From Callorhinchus milii (lineage: Eukaryota): DNA of 64,000 nt. Under the pieces are notes generated by a model that was not told the DNA's origin, did not search any database, and saw only the letters and a program-made list of their open reading frames with translations. Each line of letters opens with the position of its first letter. The stretch's first letter is position 1. The stretch covers positions 2,232,001 to 2,296,000 of the forward strand of contig NW_024704771.1 of assembly GCF_018977255.1 (NCBI RefSeq), read 5' to 3'. Below, piece by piece: positions 60,274-64,000 of the stretch. The position numbers were made by a program, and so were the translations under genes.

Positions 60274-61944
60274 TGTGGGAATCACATTATAGTCACACAA
60301 ACAGGGAAAGGGCAGTTCAAATTTTACCTACAATAGAGAGTGAGGAATAATCGTATGGTTTTCATGTTAGTGTTGATTGTTGCTCATCACTTGCTGTCAG
60401 TAACTAACATTCCTGCTCTGAGACCCTGGTTACACCCTCACGTTTCCCTGGAATAATCTTCAGTCCCACAGAAGACATCCCACGTGATTGATTTCCAGGT
60501 TAATGTGTAACAGATCTGTATGGTTGAAGGAGATTGCTGAGGTTGGGAGGGGAGAGACTGAGGTGAAACCATGATCTGGAACTCAATCAGCTGGGGGTGG
60601 GGAGCCAGGGAGCTGAGCTGAGATAGAGTGATAGGTTGGCGGAGTCTGGAGTGGGGAGGGCACGGTTGCAGTTATAACACCGTGACTATCTCTATATGAT
60701 CAAGGTTGAATTGAAAACCTAGATCTATTAACACACCATTTATTTACAGGCACAGTTACACTGTGTCCCCATTCTGCCAGCCTGTATCTACAGGATGTTT
60801 AGCTGATAAAACAGATGTGATTGGGGCAGGGAGTTTCATTTGGGTGAGTGTCCGGGCAGCGGGCGGAGTTAATAATAATAATAATTGTTATTAATTAACT
60901 GAATTTTGAGTTTGGTGGAGATGGCGAAACCAGCGACGAGTTCATTTAAATAGTCCAGCTGGGAAGTGAAGAAGGTGTCGATGAAGATTTCAGCTGTGTC
61001 AGTGATGTACGGACAGTGATGGGCAATGTGGCGGAGGTGGAATAAAGGGGTCCTGGTTAGGGAATGGATGTGTGGTAGCAAGGAAATACAGATACGATGC
61101 CGGCTGGGGTCAGACACCACCTCACCTTTGTACTGGGTGCAGGTGGTAATATAATAATAACCTTTGTATTTGATAAAGCAACAAGCAGCGGGAAAGCTCG
61201 GGAAATCTTTGCCTGAAAGGATGGTTTAAGTTGATTCAATAACAATGTTTAAGAGAAAAGTAGATAATTATTTGGGGAGAATGAATTTGTAGGGCTACGG
61301 GGAGAGAGCGGGGAATAGGATTGATTTGGAAGCTCTTTTCAAAGAGCCGACACAGACACAATGGGCCAAATAGCCTCCTTCTGTGCTATATAATTTATGA
61401 TTCTATAGCTGTGCTGTTTTATCTGCTTAGACTCCAGCAGTTACCCCAATGCACAATCTGGGGACCCCCGGCCTTGGTTCTTGCCAACCTGAGCCTAGTG
61501 AGAGATCTTCCAGGATTCCTGCACTGATAAACTCCAGTGCCCAAAGCTGGGAAGGTGTGTGTGTGGATGTTGTGCTGTTTGTCACAGCCTTTGTGCTTCT
61601 TCTCTGCCCAGTTTCCCACCTTCAGCTGCTCCGAACAGTATGTGAAGTGTGTGGTGTTGCTGTCCAGTCAGATTGTGTGTGTGTGTGTGAGTTTGGCTTC
61701 ACCGAAGAGCAGAAAAGCGCTCAAGTGAGGGGCACAGCGACATCTATAACCCCCCCTAACTGATAAGAGAATCTATACTAAGATACTACGAAATGTCTAT
61801 GTAAGTGTCTGTCTGTCAGTGTATCCGACAATCACACAATAACCAAATAACGTAGAGACATGATTTATACCTCATTGGAAAGGTCTTGCTTCTGGCAGTG
61901 CCATGGGCATATTTTTTTTGGGGAGCCATCAATATAAAATAATC

Positions 61945-62200
61945 ACCGATAAATCAAATAGGGAAGTCAGAAGAAACCTCTTTACCCAGAGAGCTGTGGG
62001 AATGTGGAACTTGCTACCACAAGGAGTAGTTGAGGCGAACAGCATAGACGCATTTAAGGGGAATCTAAATAAGTGCATGAGAGAGAGAGCAATAGAAGGT
62101 TATGCTGATAGGCTTACCTGAGGAAGGGCAGGTCATGTGGACAATAAACATTGCATAGACTAGTTGGGCCGAATGGCCTGTTTCTGTGCTGTATGATCGA
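61945..62200 (+). mobile_element. CR1 LINE 3' end
   Basis: REVRRNLFTQRAVGMWNLLPQGVVEANSIDAFKGNL followed by the GGGCCGAATGGCCTG 3' UTR. Confidence 0.85.
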
Positions 62201-62449
62201 TGTAATTCCATGTAATTATCTGTAACAATAAATAACAAACAATAAATATCAAAGTTGATTTCTACACTACACCTGTATTCCTCACAACACCACATGCACG
62301 CAGACATTAACTCCAGATGGTTAGGTGTGCTTGAAGACCTAAAGATCTTTACTTTCGATCGTGCTTTCGGTCAACTCTCCCCTCTCCCCTTCTGGCTCGG
62401 GATCAGACTCCAGCACTGTCAAGCGCTCCGGGATGCATGACCCCGAGTT

Positions 62450-63280
62450 ACACAGATTATAAAAGATTACACTGAAAATATACATTGTTTATACACAGTG
62501 AGACGCGACTGTTCACTGGAGAACAACATGTCACCTTGTTTATAGATATAAAAGTGATTTGGGAGATTTCAGTGAGATTCTGAGCACAGCCCCGACTGTG
62601 AGACTGGGCATTGCTGGAGAGAAAGAGATCAGCGATATATATCCCTGTCTCAGAGCGTGTGAGCTCACACACTGGATGGCAAGTCAGATTCGCTCAACAC
62701 GAGCACAGAGACGAGCTGGCGATGAGCTTTACAAAGATGGCTCACGTTTTGCTCCCACACATTGGGTGTCAGGTTCCTCTGATGCTCTGAATGATGTTAA
62801 TCCAGACGAGCTGTTGCGGTGCTGGTGCTGATTGTGCTGTCTGGCGGCTACAGTGGCTCATTACACTGAACCCCCGGCTCGAGGCCGGACCAATGGGGGA
62901 GATCCCGTCTGGAGAGCCGGAATTTCCAGCTGAGTGTCATTACAATGTCGGTCCCGGCATTTACTGCTTTATTGTAAAACGCCAATAAATTGTAATGTTT
63001 GAATCCCAGGAACAGAAGATAGTGTATAAGTGATTCAAACAACAGTGACAGTGGGTATCCCCGGCCCCTGTGAAGGCCAGTGGGGATGGTGAGGCTGCTC
63101 AGTGTGAGAGGAGAGCTGAGCCTGTGTGAGGCTACACAGCGAAGACCATCAAAAATTTAAAAAATATCTATTTTGGTGTCAGATTCAGTCCGGCTGGTTG
63201 TGAAACCCGGATGCTGTTAGCGGGGGTACCGTATTGATACTAGAATGTGCAGATGCCACGTTGTGGCTGTGTTTACACTG
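62450..63280 (-). other. Paralogue of the gene C 3' UTR/flank, probably the 3' end of a further gene lying beyond the window
   Basis: High similarity to 47580-48020, with a ~430-bp insertion. Confidence 0.6.
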
Positions 63281-63769
63281 AGCATCAGCCACTGAACCAG
63301 TCCCGACAAATAGAGCAAATATTGTATAAAACAAGTAACAGAAACTGCCGTTAATCCTCACACCTCCTCCAGTGAGGAAATGTGCACAAATCTCACCATT
63401 AACAGTGAGACCACCAGTCACTGCCCCCAACACAGGCACCGAGACACGGGGCAGAGCAGAGCCCCGGCAATGCCGACACTGACAGATCCCACAAATACAG
63501 AGAGACAGAATCCTGATATATTCAGACCAAATAAAACATGTAGAAAGAAGAGTGTTCCCACAAAAAGAAATGTGACAAGAAAGAATGGAATGTTTTGTGT
63601 CAGGAAACAGGGAAAGGAAGATCTTGGAGTCAGTGTTATATTGAGTTGACTGTTGTACAAACATACATACATACATACATACATAAATAAAGCCATCTCA
63701 CTGTAACAAACAAGCTGATCTCATTGTACAGAACAAACTAAACTCATTATATTTTTTAAGAACGATCTG

Positions 63770-64000
63770 AAACAGAAAAACCCTGCAATTTTACTTACTG
63801 TCTCACACCACAGGCCACCGAAACCCTCATACACTCCTTCATTACATCGAGGCTCGATTTTCCAAACTCTCTGCTTGTTGGTCTCCCCAACTCCTCCCTC
63901 CATAGACTACAGATCATCCAGACCTCTGCAGCCCGTGTCCTCTCCTGCACTCGGCTCCGTGACGCTATCAACCCCATCCTCGCCCGACTCCATTGGCTTC
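63770..64000 (+). mobile_element. L2 LINE fragment (runs off the window)
   Basis: FITSRLDFPNSLLVGLPNSSLHRLQIIQTSAARVL...INPILARLHWL. Confidence 0.8.

Overview
Vertebrate genomic DNA, probably from a cartilaginous fish (inferred from the SINE/LINE types), with several N gaps. The window holds a tandem array of butyrophilin-like (BTN/BTNL) genes on the minus strand. Copy C (48.2-59.0 kb) is intact: leader-IgV-IgC-TM-microexons-B30.2, 452 aa. Copy A (17.1-25.2 kb) has lost its IgC exon but keeps open IgV-TM-B30.2 exons. Copy B (32.4-39.4 kb) is a mosaic pseudogene. A near-identical duplicate of the 3' half of A sits at 1-4.2 kb, and a probable 3' end of a further gene lies at 62.4-63.5 kb. Embedded in the array are a domesticated Tigger/pogo transposase gene (+, 8192-9723) that still appears to be flanked by transposon ends, and a convergent HSP70 with an intronless CDS (-, 11153-~13053). 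The HSP70 has a VNTR in its leader region and an unusually dense upstream array of heat-shock elements. HSP70 next to BTN genes suggests an MHC or MHC-paralogous region. The rest is L2 and CR1 LINE fragments, tRNA-derived SINEs, Helitron-like elements and micro/minisatellites. Six single-base deletions that break otherwise intact exons all lie in short homopolymers and are more likely consensus errors than real lesions. Exon coordinates were read by hand from splice signals; repeat boundaries are approximate.
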